The notes under the pieces: generated by a model
What the model was told of the DNA's origin: nothing
What the model saw: the letters and a program-made list of their open reading frames with translations, nothing else
The model's database searches: none
Translations under genes and position numbers: made by a program
Shown here: positions 36,823 through 50,709 of the stretch, piece by piece
Numbering within the stretch: the stretch's first letter is position 1
Layout of the letters: each line of letters starts with the position of its first letter
DNA from: Trypethelium eluteriae
Taxonomy: Eukaryota
Length of the DNA: 51,314 bases
Reading direction: 5' to 3'
NCBI GenBank assembly: GCA_051942245.1
Contig: JAVECL010000108.1
Span: 1 to 51,314 of the forward strand

Positions 36823-37985
36823 TGTGCTGGAGGTCTTGAGCGTCAAAGACTGAGGGATGATAGTGAAGTAATTTTTTTTTTTGTCAACTGATACTTGTGG
36901 ACACAAGATGTTTTGTCTGCACAATCCGTAGGCAATGCTGGAATGATCCGGTGACACGAAGCATTGAAAGGGACCTACTCAGCTTTTATAGTATTCAACA
37001 AAAGCTGAGTGTTCTGTTTTGCTTCGCATCTTCAATCGCCGCGAAAATCCCCTCGGACACCATCGTTATTCTGCTGCCCACGGCTCGGGCGCGTGGTCTC
37101 AAATTCAACATCGGTCGTGAGAGGACTATAGAGGAGGTTGCTCAAAGCATTGTCGATGAGCGAGGTTCATATGTAAGCTACGGTCGGAGATCAACTCCAG
37201 GGCCAAGTCCGAAGCCGAGTTTTCGGCCGAGGGACACTGCGTGGGGCAGCCGAACGAGGACTTAGGGCAACGTTCGGCGACAGTGTAGAGATGTTAGCTT
37301 CAAATCCAGATCAAAGGAAATCAAAGGAAAGGGGAAAGGAAGGACAGAGTTGGTCAAAGGTAGAGCTGGCGGTGTTGTAACAGCCGCGTTATCAACGTGA
37401 GCATTCGGGACCCGTAAATCTTCAGATTTAATTCTGTGAGCTGTTTTCTACCACCACTCTACTCTGGACGTCGGTTTGCTATATGACAAGTGACAATTTT
37501 ATCGGGCTGATTCGGTGGAGTTGATTAAGTAGCAGCGCTAATCAGGCTTTGAGCAGGCTTTGAACAGGCACAGCAGATGTTCATTAGCTACCTTAGTAGG
37601 TACCTACTTGAGGGCCGTCTCGGTGCTACTCTCCTTATCGCTTAGGAATTACAGAGCCTGCAAAGGAGAATCGTCTCAGAAGAGAATTCTATCGAGAGGC
37701 GAACGTGGGTATTTAATGCTTTGACATTGCACAAGAGTAAACGCCAGTTTGTAATTGTAGTGTAACATGAGATGCTTGTCACCAGCCCATAAGCACAGAA
37801 GCAAGCTTCTGTAGCAATTTTATATGATTCCCCTGCACCTACACTTCCCTACTCTCGCAGGGATATGCACTTCGCTGAAAAGACAATCACCGCTTTCGAT
37901 AGGCAAGCACATTTTCTGCCCATTACATTTTTTAAGAAGTGGGGGTTTCGCGAGTATGAAGCTTTGCAGGCGCTTGGCGGCCATC

Positions 37986-39630
37986 TTAGGCATTTGTGGG
38001 GGCCGGACAGTCTTTCTTCTGCTCTTGCTCTTCCTGAATAAGCCGTGTCAAAGAGAAAGTGGTGTCATTCGGATGGGCAGCTTCGGCGCGTGCTTCTTTG
38101 AGCAACCTGGCTGTGTGAGTAATGAATTCTTTCTTGAGCTCTCTAGCATCGGCCCGCTCATCACGCGTGCGCGCTCGCAGCTTGCCGAGAGTCCGGTTTT
38201 TGGGCTTCGCGAGTATGGATAGGGCCTTTTTTTGTGCCGTGACATATTCCCCAACATTGCCTCGTAGAAGAGCGAATTGCATCTTGCGCGTCCATGCGTG
38301 TAGGCGATGACAATCCGGGCATGTCACTTCTGAAAAGAGATGTGTAAACAGGGCGTTGAAGGCGTTCCAAGCATTCCTCAGTGGCCAAGTGGCAGTGACA
38401 GGCTCGCTGCTCTTCATCAGTGCTTTCAATTCGTTCAGGAACGGTTGCAGGATCGGTAAATCTTTGCGATCCTCAATCCTAACCTCAAACCCATTACGCT
38501 CAGCTAACTGTGTGAGGTTCCGGAGCTGGTGGAACGGTTCCAGGAAGAAGGCGAAATGTTGTTCGTCAACCATTTCACCATACTTGTCATATTCCGTGTC
38601 ATCCCGGTGGACATCTGCCAGAAACTCCTGCAAATCGTCGGCTTCAAAGTCCCATTCCGCATCTTCTTCGTAAAAAAACTCGATCTCCAGTCTTCGGAGT
38701 CGGTCATGCTGTCTGAGAGCCTCCACGAAGTCAAACACGGCACGTTGCAACGACAAGTTCGATTCCACGCGGAAAGTGCGGTGGGCGCTAATAGTGATTT
38801 GTAGATGTCTTACATTGGACAAGGCCTGCCAATGGTCATGGTTTGGTTGACGTTGGCTCTCGGTATGCCATGGTCTTCTCAGGAATCCCCCCTCACAACC
38901 ACAACATCCAAATGTAGCATAGAACGGCACGGTGCCGTAGAGCACCTCAATAGCCTCTTGGTGAATGAGACGATTTGCACGGAGGATTTCCATGTGACAA
39001 GGCTCCGAGTGTTCCCGAAGGGGCATTTTTGCGGAATGCGAGACTGGCTTATTCGGAAATAGGTATCCATAGACCTGGAGACGGAGTTCTGCTGGTAGCT
39101 TTAAGAAGGGAAATTGTGGGGGCAGCCCGATGCCCAGTTTCCCATTAAACCTTTTGAGGACGGTCTGATGAAGAACTGCCTTCAGTAGTATCAGCTTCGT
39201 TCTGGTGAAGTGATTGTAGAAGAGGAACGTACATGATTTGGGTTGGCTTTTTGGGCTTTGACTTTGGCCTCAATAGCACCCTGATCCGGGCCTGAACAGC
39301 CAAAGTAACCCCGAGGAGATAGCTCGATCTTGCTTCTGTTAGTGACTCCTGCGATAATTGTCAACTTTTTGGGTTCTTACTGTCGAACCCATGGCAAGAG
39401 CCCGCAGCTGCGGGAGACTTCGATGTGTAGCAGACAGCTTTGTCAATCAATGGGTCGGGGAATCCCTGGAGCAAGGGCTGGAGATCAACCCTAGACGTCA
39501 ATGCAGCAAGGTAAAATGGGAGAGTGGGAAAGTGAAAAAGTGAAGTGAAAGTGGGGTGGCTAGCGAGGTAGAAATGACTTTCTTCTTGAGTCATACGGTC
39601 ATACGGTATGGCAGTGATGGACGCGTCCAT
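37986..39630 (-). CDS. F-box-like domain protein; 5' exon structure uncertain
   Basis: The frame upstream of ORF 37986..39026 encodes FPFLKLPAELRLQVYGYL (~39113-39060) and ILRANRLIHQEAIEVLYG. Intron 39232-39180 (GTACGT...GCTGAT...AAG) extends it upstream. The link to ORF 39361..39630 is tentative. Confidence 0.7.
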
Positions 39631-40090
39631 CTGTTATGAGCGCGCCTGTGACTTCCGAATTGGCCGCATGACGTCGATTTGTGTGTAACGTGGCGCGTCC
39701 GGTGAACAACAGAAACGGCGCTTTGATGGGGTCGAGCGGGCGGGTTTTACAGCGCAACACAGACAAAGAAAGTCAAGTTCAAAAGGATTTAAGAATGATC
39801 GAAACTTCCGCACCTTGCACCAGCAAGTCGACAATGTTGGGGTTGATAATCATTCACGAAACCCCCGTAATGGCATTTCAAAGTACCACAGCCCTAGAAA
39901 GAGAGAGCAATTTACTTCAATGCTTTCTGGAATGGCTCTTGCGGGCCCTCGTATGCCTGATCGTAGAACGTCCAAATCCCGCGACCTTGATGCGCTTTTG
40001 ACTTTGTTGAAACTGTACCAATTGGTCCCAGATATCTTCGCCCTGCCATGTACCGCGAACGCCACCAATAGAGTATTCCTTGGATTTCCT

Positions 40091-40754
40091 TCAACTTCCT
40101 CGGGACGGATTGACCATAACGTAGTCCTTTGCCGACGACCGCGACGTGGGTGTATCAGGCATTCCACCTGGCATGGGAGGCACGTTGTAAGAATTGCCCT
40201 TGGATGGGGCGGGCGGTCTCTTGCCATAGCCAGAGCCTGGTCTCGGGCCTTGATTGACCCCTGAAACAGCACCTTGCTCGCCATAGCCTGTATGGTTTCG
40301 ATTGTAGTCTGAAGCCTTCGAAGCAGCATCTGCTACAAGAGGAGTTTTCTGTAGGCTTCTTTCGGTCTCTCTCCTCTGACTGGGGCTTCGCGAGCCTGGC
40401 TGAGAGTTGGAAACAACCTTGAGGCGTTCTTCTGTCTCACGAAGACGTGCTTCGAGTGCCTCAAGCTCCTGAGTGTGCGTATCGACAGTTCGCTTCCTAC
40501 AACGTATGTCAGCATCAGTGCCGGCCACTGCTAACCGCTGGCGATTAGACGTCAACGTACTTTTGCTCCACGTTCTCTGAGAGGCTGTCAAGATTGCTGG
40601 ACATATCGAAGATGTCGTCGAGTTGGGCGGAGAAGCTCTGCGCGATTGTTCTGGCTCTAGTTAGCGGTAGCGGCGGTAGATGATAGACCGACGGAACATA
40701 CGATTGCGGTCGGCCACTGGGACTCCAGTCTTGGTCGCGGTCGGTGTTAGACAT
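40091..40754 (-). CDS. Hypothetical coiled-coil protein (~199 aa, 2 exons)
   Basis: Intron 40560-40497 (GTACGT...GCTGAC...TAG) joins ...SENVEQK|KRTVDTHTQELEALEARLRETEERLK in frame; Pro/Gly-rich tail. Confidence 0.8.
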
Positions 40755-41527
40755 GTCGGGTAGCTGTGAGTGTCTGCTTGTGGAATGAGGGGCTGGGATC
40801 GATTCGATGTAGCGGCCAAACGAATGAGCTTGTGGTGTGGTCTCGAAGCTGAAAGTGAGGAGCGCAGGTGATCCACTGCCCAGTCCTCACGGGGCAGTGC
40901 CTGCTGCTGGCGGATCAAGGCAATGCAATAGCTTAGTGGATGAAGCTGAAGGAAACCAGAAGGCCTGACCTGACCCATGCAGGGAGTTTGGTACTCTAGC
41001 TTTGAGATCTCCTCAATTACGGAACAAGGAGGTCCGTCATTGCTGGCCCGACCGATCGGCGGGCCGTGTGCCAGGTGTCGGGCTCGCTGGCACCGTGAAA
41101 TGCACTCGGGATTCACCAGCAACCTAGACAGGGTTATGAATTGCAGTCTCCAGAGCAGCAACCGTAGGCGCGCTGCTGGAATGCTGAAGCCAGGAGATAT
41201 TTTTTTGCCTAGCCAACCGCATTCGACGGCGTATGCATCTGGCTCGCTGACGTAACCGGGCGTTCAGGGTCTGCTGTCGGCCTTCATTGGTCGAATGAGA
41301 CACGGTCGCACATCGCAAAAGAGAACATCACAACGCGTATCGCAACCAACGTCAGGTGAGCTTAATTGCATCTCTCTAACCTCACTTTCATCGCCTACCA
41401 TTCTCCTTCTTGTCGGAAGCGTGCGAGGAGCCGCGGCTTATCATGATCGCAGACGCACCAAGCGCTGGCGCCCATCAACAACCTCACCCGCTTTCGCCGT
41501 TCCCCAAAGTCTCGCCGTCTCTGGGGA

Positions 41528-44237
41528 ATGACTGAAAAGCTGACCGCCTATGTAAGTGACCCTTGTGATAGCGCGCATGTGCATAAGCCAACAATTCTAG
41601 ACACCACTCGAGTCCTTACTGCTCTTTCAATCACTCGCTTTGAACGGTGTCGAGCCTTCCACGTTCAGTCGAACATCGGATCTACTGAATAACAATCCTC
41701 ACGTCGGGAGCGCCAAAGCTTACGACAGCGGTCGGCTCAGTCCAGATGCGCTGAGAGAGCTTTATCTCCGTTTGCTCAAGGAGGAGGTGAAATCCGAGCT
41801 AGATGAATCTACCACAAGTGAAGCACAAGAGAGCAATGGAGTCCCAGATGCTGCCTCCCGAAAGCGCAAGCGTAGTCCTAGCTTGCCTTCGGTCCAAGAA
41901 GCCTCGAAACATGCACATCTCATACCGCAACTAATTGCGAGGCTATATGCTCGTTACCGCGAGCATACGATTCGGGAAATTCGGGAAGATGAGCGGAGAT
42001 ACGATGCGCTTTTACAAGAAGTTGAAGATATCCAGACGGGGAAATGGGATGAACGATTAACGCGCCAAGATAGCCAGGAGACCAAAGCGTCGTCGCACCC
42101 GCCAACAAGAACATCGCAATCTCCTACGGCCCCAGATCATGACATGAAGCAAAGTGCGGAATCGTCTGAGGATCGAAGAAGCATTACAGACGCTACCCGA
42201 GTCTCACCTTCCGTGGCTAATGCCGAACCACAAGTGACGCAGGAAGAGCCAAACCTTGCACAGGCGAAGATCGATGCTGTCATTAATCACCCGGCGAAGG
42301 CGGCAACCAGTGAAAACATAGCCTCAAGCACTCCAGGCCCACAAGCTTTATCGTCTACTCAGCAATCCACAGCCCAGACTGATACGCCAAGTCAACACCC
42401 TACCCCGATAGCAAGGCTCCCACCACCGAAGCCTTCTAGCTCCGGTTATCGTCTGAACTCGCCTTCGGTTCACCAGTCTCCGTATGCGCCTTCGCCTACT
42501 TCATCTGTGCCAGGAGTAGGCGTTTCTCCTAGCCTCAATCCTCCACATGTAGCCCCAGATGGCCGTACTCCATCATCTTCTTCACCTGTTGTTCTTCCTC
42601 CTCCTTCTGGTATGCAATACTTTTCCCCAGATCCAAACAACCCGCCATATTCGGGCCCCACTACCTACTCGCCGCAACAATATGGACAACCTCCGAGATA
42701 CTCAGCTTCATCTATAGCGCCTAACGAGGGTCAGAATACCTACTCGTATCCTCCGAACCAGTATGCGCAGCACGCGAGTCGGACCCAAATGGCCCCACCA
42801 TATCCGCCCCAACCTGGTGGAATCATGCTCCCGCCGTTCCAATTAGACGTGCAGACGAGTGGTCGCTCAAATCAGCAACACCAGCCTCCATCAAACACTC
42901 CAGCAGCCCGGCCACACAGGCAATCATCTCCCACACTGAGTCGTGCTGTCCAGAGCAGACTGGATCAACCACGAAGCCTTGCAGCTGGCCCCACACCCAG
43001 TCAAGTCAAAGAATTCGAGCATGTTGCTGAACTGCTGCTCCCAAAACTACCCTCCAGGAATACAAAATGGAGAAAACTTCCTCAGCCGCCTGAGCTTTCA
43101 ATTCCACGTTCTCCAACTAGACCCCCACTTGAAACCCTCAGCCCTGTGAAGCAACGGCGGCCTTCGCCAGAAGTAGAAGTGAACGCCGCGAAGCCGAAAC
43201 GACAGCAAAGACGTACGCGTGCTGGTGGTCACGAAAGTGAGGATACGAAAGTATCTATCGAAGAACATCCTTCTGACGCCGGAACCCAAGCGAAGCATAG
43301 TCGGACCCGCCCTCACAAAGCTCGTGGGGGAAGTGTTTCCTCATCTGCAGTGGCAAGCTCCATTCGAGGTCGAACGCGTAGTCAATCTATCATCTCCCAT
43401 GCCGAATCTTCAGTACAAGACAACGAGCCCTCAAGTCAGCGCACTGTCAAGCCCGAACCTCCGAGTACCCCTGCTGGTTCTGGCGCTTTGTCAGATATCG
43501 CTGCTTCAGAATCCACGCCCACAGAGGCTCGCGTTACACGCCGCCGTGCTGGGACACTTCAGAGTACCATCGACACCGCTCAAAAACGCAAACGTCCTAC
43601 TAGAGAGCAATCCGAATCCCCTCCGCCCATGGAGATGCCACCATCTAGCCCTGGCAAACAATACATCTCTGCATCCCGCAATTTTTCACGCACGAGCTTG
43701 ACCATCATGAACGACATCACCAGCCACAAGTACGCGAGTTACTTTGCACAGCCGGTGACTGAGCGTCAAGCGGAAGGGTATCATGACATTGTTTATCGTG
43801 GCCAGGACCTCCGAACCATACAAAAACTTATCAATAACGGTTCCAAGGTTATCGCCGGCATGATATCCGCTAATCCATCATTCGATGCGTCCCAGCCCCC
43901 TTTAGCATCTCCGGGTGGTCCGTCAGGAGGCTCTGGCACGGTACTTGTTCCTGCAAATCCAAACATCATGCCTCCTCACGCCATAGTAAATAGCAGTCAG
44001 TTAGAGAAGGAGATAATGCGGATGTTCGCGAATGCGGTCATGTTTAATCCCGGAGACGAAGGTATGGTCAAGGAAACGAGGGAGATGGCGGAGGATGTGC
44101 AGCAGATGGTAAGGCAGTGGAGAGGGGCGGAGCGGACGCAGACGGGGACACCGGTACATAGCGGTGCGAGGGCTAAAGGTGATGAGGAGGATGAAGGTGG
44201 GGACGAAGAAGGTGCGAGCAAGAGGAGGAAGTTATGA
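41528..44237 (+). CDS. Bromodomain-containing protein, BRD8/Bdc1-like (~886 aa, 2 exons)
   Basis: Exon 41528-41551, intron 41552-41600, giving MTEKLTAY|TPLESLLLFQSL. C-terminal split bromodomain HKYASYFAQPV...GYHDIVYRGQDL...QLEKEIMRMFANAVMFN and NLS-like KRRKL end. Confidence 0.85.
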
Positions 44238-45840
44238 TGAGAGATCTGGAGACGGAATATGACGTATGTAGAAGCCCCTCTTGATCCAAATCGATCATGT
44301 GTTGCCAGGTTTTATGGCAACAAATATGGAGCCTAAGGTAGTTTGCGGCCCCTGATAGCCGTCTTACGTTACTTGCTGGGAGCGCATTTTTGAGTGATTC
44401 TCTTCAAAGCAGCATTGTGCAGATGATTCTCACCGTTTGAGTACTAAATGACATTTAGAGTACTCGTTGCTCACATATCATCTGCTCCAGTAGTCGGGAT
44501 ACGGTTCTTACGTCAACAGTCCCCTATGATCACATTATAAGACACTCAATTGTGGGCCATTTCAGTCCAGTCTCGCTTTCATAGTCTTGCCCCTTCTGGA
44601 GCCAAAGCCATCCACTAATTTGACATTGTGCTGCTGGTACGTCTCCTCGGCAACTATAAGCACAAAGAAGGCACGAATGTTATTGTCTCTGATTTCATCA
44701 TGATGGGGCAGGCACATGGACTGGGGGGGCCCCAATGCATCAGCTCTTTAGTGGTCGAGTCACTTCAGACATCCGACGCTCCATAATTGCGGGAAACGGT
44801 CGGTCTAAGCTGACTGATGGACGAATGAGACTTCCCAGTGGTTGTTGGGTACATATCTGGCTCAGCATATATCGAGACTGCTGGGGATATGCCGATGAGG
44901 ACGATTGGCTCCATTGTGACGAAGAAGTTCCTAAATCAAAGCGCGGACGAGATTCGTGCGATGACCACATTCGCGAGAAAACTTAGTAAATATCAGCGAT
45001 GTACAGGCGCGATTCTCGTGTGTTCGCCTGCTGGAAAAACAAACAAACATAAGAACGCTGCCAGACGAGATGTAGTATTTGCGTGGTAGTACGACTGGGA
45101 AGTGGCCATTGCATGATACTCTACTAAAGCACAAGCTCTTCGGTTCTATGGAGATTGAAACCCCAACCTTAGCACTGCACTGTATACCTCTACTGCAGGC
45201 TTGCCGATTGTCGATACATTGTTTTTACTCGTAGCGGACTAGTCGGCGCTTCGGTTGGGGTGAACCGGGTGTACTAAGGGCTTGCCGTGATGTCAGTATA
45301 TGCTAATCACGATCTTGTCGTATCGAGGTGAAGTCTGCGTGCTGACATGCAGGTCCGGGCATCCCCACAAAGCGTTTGGCGGCTAAAAAAGTTGGAGAGG
45401 GACGGGAACGATGCTGATCGATGCACACCGATGTCATTTCCCGCAACTGCTCTGCCGCTGTCTCCCCATGCTCCCCTCGTGTTTCCTAATTTTCCGTCTA
45501 CTCCGCTGCTCCCTTTTTCATGATAATGTCATCTCGCATTTCCTGCCCTTAGGCATCATGCTCCTTAGCCTCCTCTAGACCGCCAAGAGTGCTGCTGGAC
45601 CCGCCTTTGAGTCGGACCGTTGAATTGCACCAAACCCCTGGCGGCAGCTGCAAGCTGCAGCTTCGATGAAATTGCAAAGCTACCCCTCGTTTTTACTCTC
45701 TGTCCATGATTTCGGATAAGAAGGAGACGGCTAATCATGGCCGGGTACTTATATTCACCAGACGGCCGCTGACGGTCGAGCTGCGCGAGGGTCTCCTATT
45801 GTTGCTGCTTGTCAGTACAGTCAGTACAGTCATTGCCATC

Positions 45841-48800
45841 ATGACTCGCTGGCATTCTCACGCTGCTGTAGCTGTATCTTTAATTGCGGGGGCTGCCTCA
45901 CAAGTGCTTGACCTTAGCACCTTTGACTGGACAGTAGGTTTCGCTGAACAGCAAGCTGAGAATTGATTGCTCACAAGACAAGGTCTCTAACCCTGACCTG
46001 AATGTGAGCGTACCGGGCTCCCTGCCTTCTCAAGCGCACCTCGATCTTTACAATGCCCGCGTCATTGGCGATCCATACTATGGGTTGAACAACTTCAACT
46101 TGCGCTGGGTCGCTTTCAACAACTGGACCTATACCTCAGAGCCTCTCACCGGCTTGAGCTCCAATGCCAGTGCGACGTGGCTCGTCTTCAATGGGCTTGA
46201 CACTTTCGCCTCCATTGACATGTGCGGGCAGCACGTGGCCTCGACCAACAATCAATTCCGGCAATGGCTCTTTGATGTTTCGAGTATCCTCAGCAGCTGC
46301 TCGGGTGATCCGTTCTTGAGTATCAATTTCGGCTCTGCACCAAACATTGCGGCTGAGATTGCCGCCGAGCCGGGTAGGTTTGAACGCGAAAAATTCAAAT
46401 GTCCTGTGTTAATTCTTATTGTTTAGGACAAGAAAGTAAGACAATAAAGCAAACTCATTCGTGTAGTACTGACGGCTTGAAGCTTGGCCCTACAACGTGG
46501 AGATTGGTTACGAAATTCCGAACCGGCAGTTCATACGCAAGGAGCAGAGTGACTTTGGATGGGATTGGTAACTATCTTCACAGAAGCAACTACTTTAGGT
46601 TTCGAGCTAAGCGGTATTCAGGGGACCAGCATTCGCTCCTGCCGGACCATGGCAACCTGCGTATGTCGTCCAACTGCCATCTCCCGGTGTCTATGTCCAC
46701 AACTCCTTGTTTGATATCTACCGAGAGGGCCAATTGCCCCTCCTACTCCCCAATCAAACTGCACCATGGGTCATCAACGCAAGTTTAGATTATGTCGGAA
46801 CCGCTCCGTCCAACGTAGGCCTGAGCTATACGCTCAAAGACTCGAGCAACACTACGGTTGCTTCTGGTGCACTGAACGACGTCAACATCACCGACTCGAC
46901 GATGACCGGAATGGTAACACTTCCGGACGGGTCTGCCGATCTCTGGTGGCCGAGCGGTCTGGGCAACCAGAGCCTGTATTACTTGACCGTGAATGCTGTA
47001 GGCGCTGGAAACAGTACTTTGGCCTCTGTTACAAAGAGGACGGCTTTCCGGACGATTGTACTGAATGAGTTCCCGATTACAGACCTTCAGTTGAGCCAAG
47101 GTGTTGCACCCGGAAATAATTGGCACTTTGAGATTAATGGACATGAATTTTACGCCAAGGTAAGCTACAGGCGCCCATCCTCGAATGGAGCTAACTCCTT
47201 CAGGGCTCCAACTTCATTCCTCCAGACGCCTTTTGGCCTCGTGTCACTCAAACAAGGATTCAGCAACTATTCGACTCTGTGATTGACGCTCATCAAAATA
47301 TGCTCCGAGTCTGGGCTTCTGGTGCCTACTCTCCTGATTTCATGTACGACCTTGCCGATGAGATGGGCATTCTGCTTTGGAGCGAATTCGAATTTGGAGA
47401 TGCTTTGTATCCTGTTGACGCAGACTTTTTGGAGAACTGCCGGCAGGAAGCGTACTATCAGGTCCGGAGAAACAATCACCACCGTAAGTACTCGACTCAG
47501 AATTCTACGAGTTGCAAGCTAATATCCTGCAGCCTCCCTTGCGCTCTGGGCAGGCGGTAATGAGCTAGAGAATCTCGAGCTTCAGACCGTAAATAATACG
47601 GCACCGGAGGAATTTGACCGCTACCAAGCCGAATATGAGACTCTCTTTCTAGATACCCTGGGTGAAACTGTCTTCAATAATACGCACAGTATCTCTTATA
47701 CCCCGTCAAGTACATCCAATGGATGGCTATCCCTCGACTTTGATAATGTCCAGCCAATTACTGAGCGCTATTACAACACTACTCCTGGCTCGGTTTACGG
47801 CGAGACCGACTTCTATAATTACAATTCCTCCATCGCCTTCAATACCAGTGCACTTCCCGTTGGACGCTTCTCCAACGAATTTGGCTACCATTCGATGCCC
47901 TCGGTACAGTCCTGGGCAGAAGCCATCAGCCCAGACGACTGGTACTTCAATTCGACCACGGTATTGCTTCGCAACCAGCACTACCCACCAGGAAATTTGA
48001 ACACGTCGAATTTCTACAACACGAGCCTTGGAATGGGCGAAATGACGGTGGCTGTGGAGAACTGGTATCCCGTGCCGGCCAAGACCGATTCCGTCGCGAA
48101 CTTTAGTGCTTGGTGCCATGCCACTCAAATCTTCCAAGCCGATTTCTACACTTTCGAGATTGAGTTCTATCGACGCGGCAGCGGCATGCCAAATCGACAA
48201 CTCGGAAGTCTCTACTGGCAGTTGGAGGATATCTGGCAGGGACCGACTTGGGCCGGTATCGAGTACGATGGCCGATGGAAAGTTCTCCACTACAAGGCCA
48301 AGGACATTTATCAGAACGTCATCATCACTCCGTTCCTTAACCGTACCACGGGTGATCTCGAAGTATACGTGACGAGCGATCTCTGGACGCCGGCTAGCGG
48401 TAGCGCAAACTTTTCTTGGTATTCTTGGGACGGTACACCTCTTAATATCAGTACACCGTCAGAGGCTACAGTCAACGTCGGTGCCATCAACACTACTCGT
48501 GTTTTGACCACCAACATCAACGATTCCCTGAACAACTACAACCTCTCTAACGTGGTCCTCCAAGTCCAAACTGAAGTGCAAGGGTCACCGATCAACCAAA
48601 ACACCACCCAAACATTTACGCACTCCAACTGGCTCGCAATTTCCCGTCTCAACCAGGCAAACTTCGTCGATCCGGGTCTGACTCTGTCCTACAGCAACTC
48701 GACTGCGAAATTCACTGTGACTGCTACGTCTGGCGTTGCAGCGTGGGTCTGGCTCGACTACGGAAGTGGCGCTGTCATCGCTTTCGATGATAACGGGTTC

Positions 48801-48959
48801 TGGCTTGCGAAGGGCGAGAGCAGAGAGATCGGATACACGACGAAGAGCGATACCACCAATGGCGCCTGGGTCAATGGTGTGACGGTGCAGAGTATGTACA
48901 ATCAGACACAGCCGGAACTGACGCTACCGCCTATTGTTGCCGCGTATCCGAACCCGTGA
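45841..48959 (+). CDS. mndA: Secreted GH2 beta-mannosidase A (~940 aa, 7 exons)
   Basis: Exons 45841-45933, 45983-46373, 46427-46435, 46483-46567, 46622-47159, 47204-47483, 47533-48959 (2823 nt, in frame). [38 protein letters not shown] (acid/base), RFSNEFG (nucleophile) and LYWQLEDIW motifs. Confidence 0.93.
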
Positions 48960-49277
48960 AGCGCACAGGAGGATATAATTTTATTGGATGTAATACCTCC
49001 TTGGGATCTTCGAATATCTCGTATACAAGGATGACTTTGCATAGCTATCTTGATAAACGTTCATAAGCTTCAATACATTGTTTAATGATACGATTCCGTG
49101 GTATTCAGCATCGTGACTAAACTCAATCATCACCGCTCGCTCGTAATCCAGATACGCCTTTCCCACGGATGTTCCGCTCTCTCGAATCTCAACCCTCAAA
49201 GGAAAAAGAAAAAGGAAAAGGAAAACAAAGACACCACATCTACTAAAATTACAGGCCTCTCCGCCATTTCTAACTGC

Positions 49278-50005
49278 CTATCCTTGCAAGCCCTTCACTA
49301 TCACGCTCGTTCTCCTCCCCTTTTCCCGATCTTCCCTATCCCACTCCTCATTCAACTCGACCTGCCTCCTTACCCATTCTCTCCTGCCCCCAGGTGGGTC
49401 CACTACTCCCTCCCGATAATTCCCCTTCTCATCCTTAGCCCAGTACTGCAGATACTCGCCCCGAGTCATCCGCACCGCCTTGATCTCTTTCTTCGAATTT
49501 TTTTCCTTCTCTCCCTGGGTCGCAGATGAGATTCTCCTAAAGAAGGATCCTGCCTTTCCCTTCTTCTCCTTTGGTTGATCTGATGCTGCTTCGGCAATAG
49601 CAAGGGAAGGCGAGTCGGGGAGAGAAACGGAGCGGTCTGGAGGGAGATCGGAAAGGTTGATGGGGATGGTGATGATGCTGGCATCGGTGTAGCGAAAGGG
49701 GAGGAGGTTGGCGCCGGCGGTGGTGGAGCCGGAGCCGTGGGACATCATGTTGGTGTAATGATCATGTTGATAGCGAGGCATACTAACAGAGATTCCCGTC
49801 AGAGTCGCTTGCGCGTTTTGCACGATGCATGGGGGGAGGAGAGAGCATACGGCTGGCCCGTGGCTGTAAAGCGATCGAGGCCAAGGCTATCATTAGTGCC
49901 ACGGATGGGTTCGTATGTCCTTGAGGGCCCATCAGGCATGAGAGGAGTACTGTCAGTGGGAATGGATTGCGCACTATCGCGCAGCGGTGTCAATTCTTCC
50001 ATCAT
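49278..50005 (-). CDS. Hypothetical protein (~219 aa, 2 exons)
   Basis: Intron 49850-49783 (GTATGC...CTGAC...TAG) joins ORF 49799..50077 to ORF 49278..49823 in frame (GQP|MPRYQHDH). The start could be 50077, 50050 or 50005. The C-terminal VRMTRGEYLQYWAKD...PPGGRREW segment looks ordered. Confidence 0.7.
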
Positions 50006-50709
50006 TCTTCTGTTCGGGGGTGGGTAAAGAGGGTCGAACGATCTGAGCATGGGAAATTGGAAGCACAAAGTAGGCATACTGTACAGAAATGACGAGGAAG
50101 CTTGGTTTTCACTAGATTGCCTAATAGATTGAAGTCTAGACTTACGCCATGCGCGACTTTACCACTGATGACCATATAGATAGACACATATATATAGGCA
50201 GTTGGTGCTTTACTGCGTATGGCCTGTTTTACGCGAGGCATCACGCGGAATGCACTATTGACGCCCTGGCTTGGGAGGGGTTCTGCACATCATGAAGAAA
50301 TGGGAGGCGACTAGGCGGAGATGCCGAAGGACGGAGATACCGAAGATCAAGCGACGCTGGAGCACTCTGACTTGATGCTTTTTGGCCATGACCAGCAGTG
50401 GTCATCATTGCAACGTCTAGCTGCATCATTCAATGGGCTGGGACAAACCGAATCGAGTCACACTGGATCACCGTAAGAGTTTGCTCCATCTTCGTTGGTT
50501 AAGCGCTGAGGTCACATCGAAAGTGGATGATCAGAATTGGAGTCCTGGGGTGAGGTCGTGGCTAAAGGTAAGTTTACTTGGCTCCTAGTGTTTCATAGAA
50601 ACCTAGGGGAAAAGGATTTACTAGGAAAGTGTTTAAGATACAAATTTCATTACTTCACTCTATTCGATTTTCTGAAACTTTCCGATTCCTTGGAATGGAT
50701 CTACCTTCA

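Noticed and set aside
37543..37608. Short tandem CAGGCTTTGA repeat and 14-bp palindrome AGTAGGTACCTACT
   Set aside because: Too short, with no TIR/TSD structure; AGGTA/TACCT-type words are common in fungal intergenic DNA.
10292..39594. Other TGASTCA heptamers (~10292, 18310, 24493, 39588)
   Set aside because: The count is close to chance expectation for 51 kb, and none lies upstream of an amino-acid biosynthetic gene.
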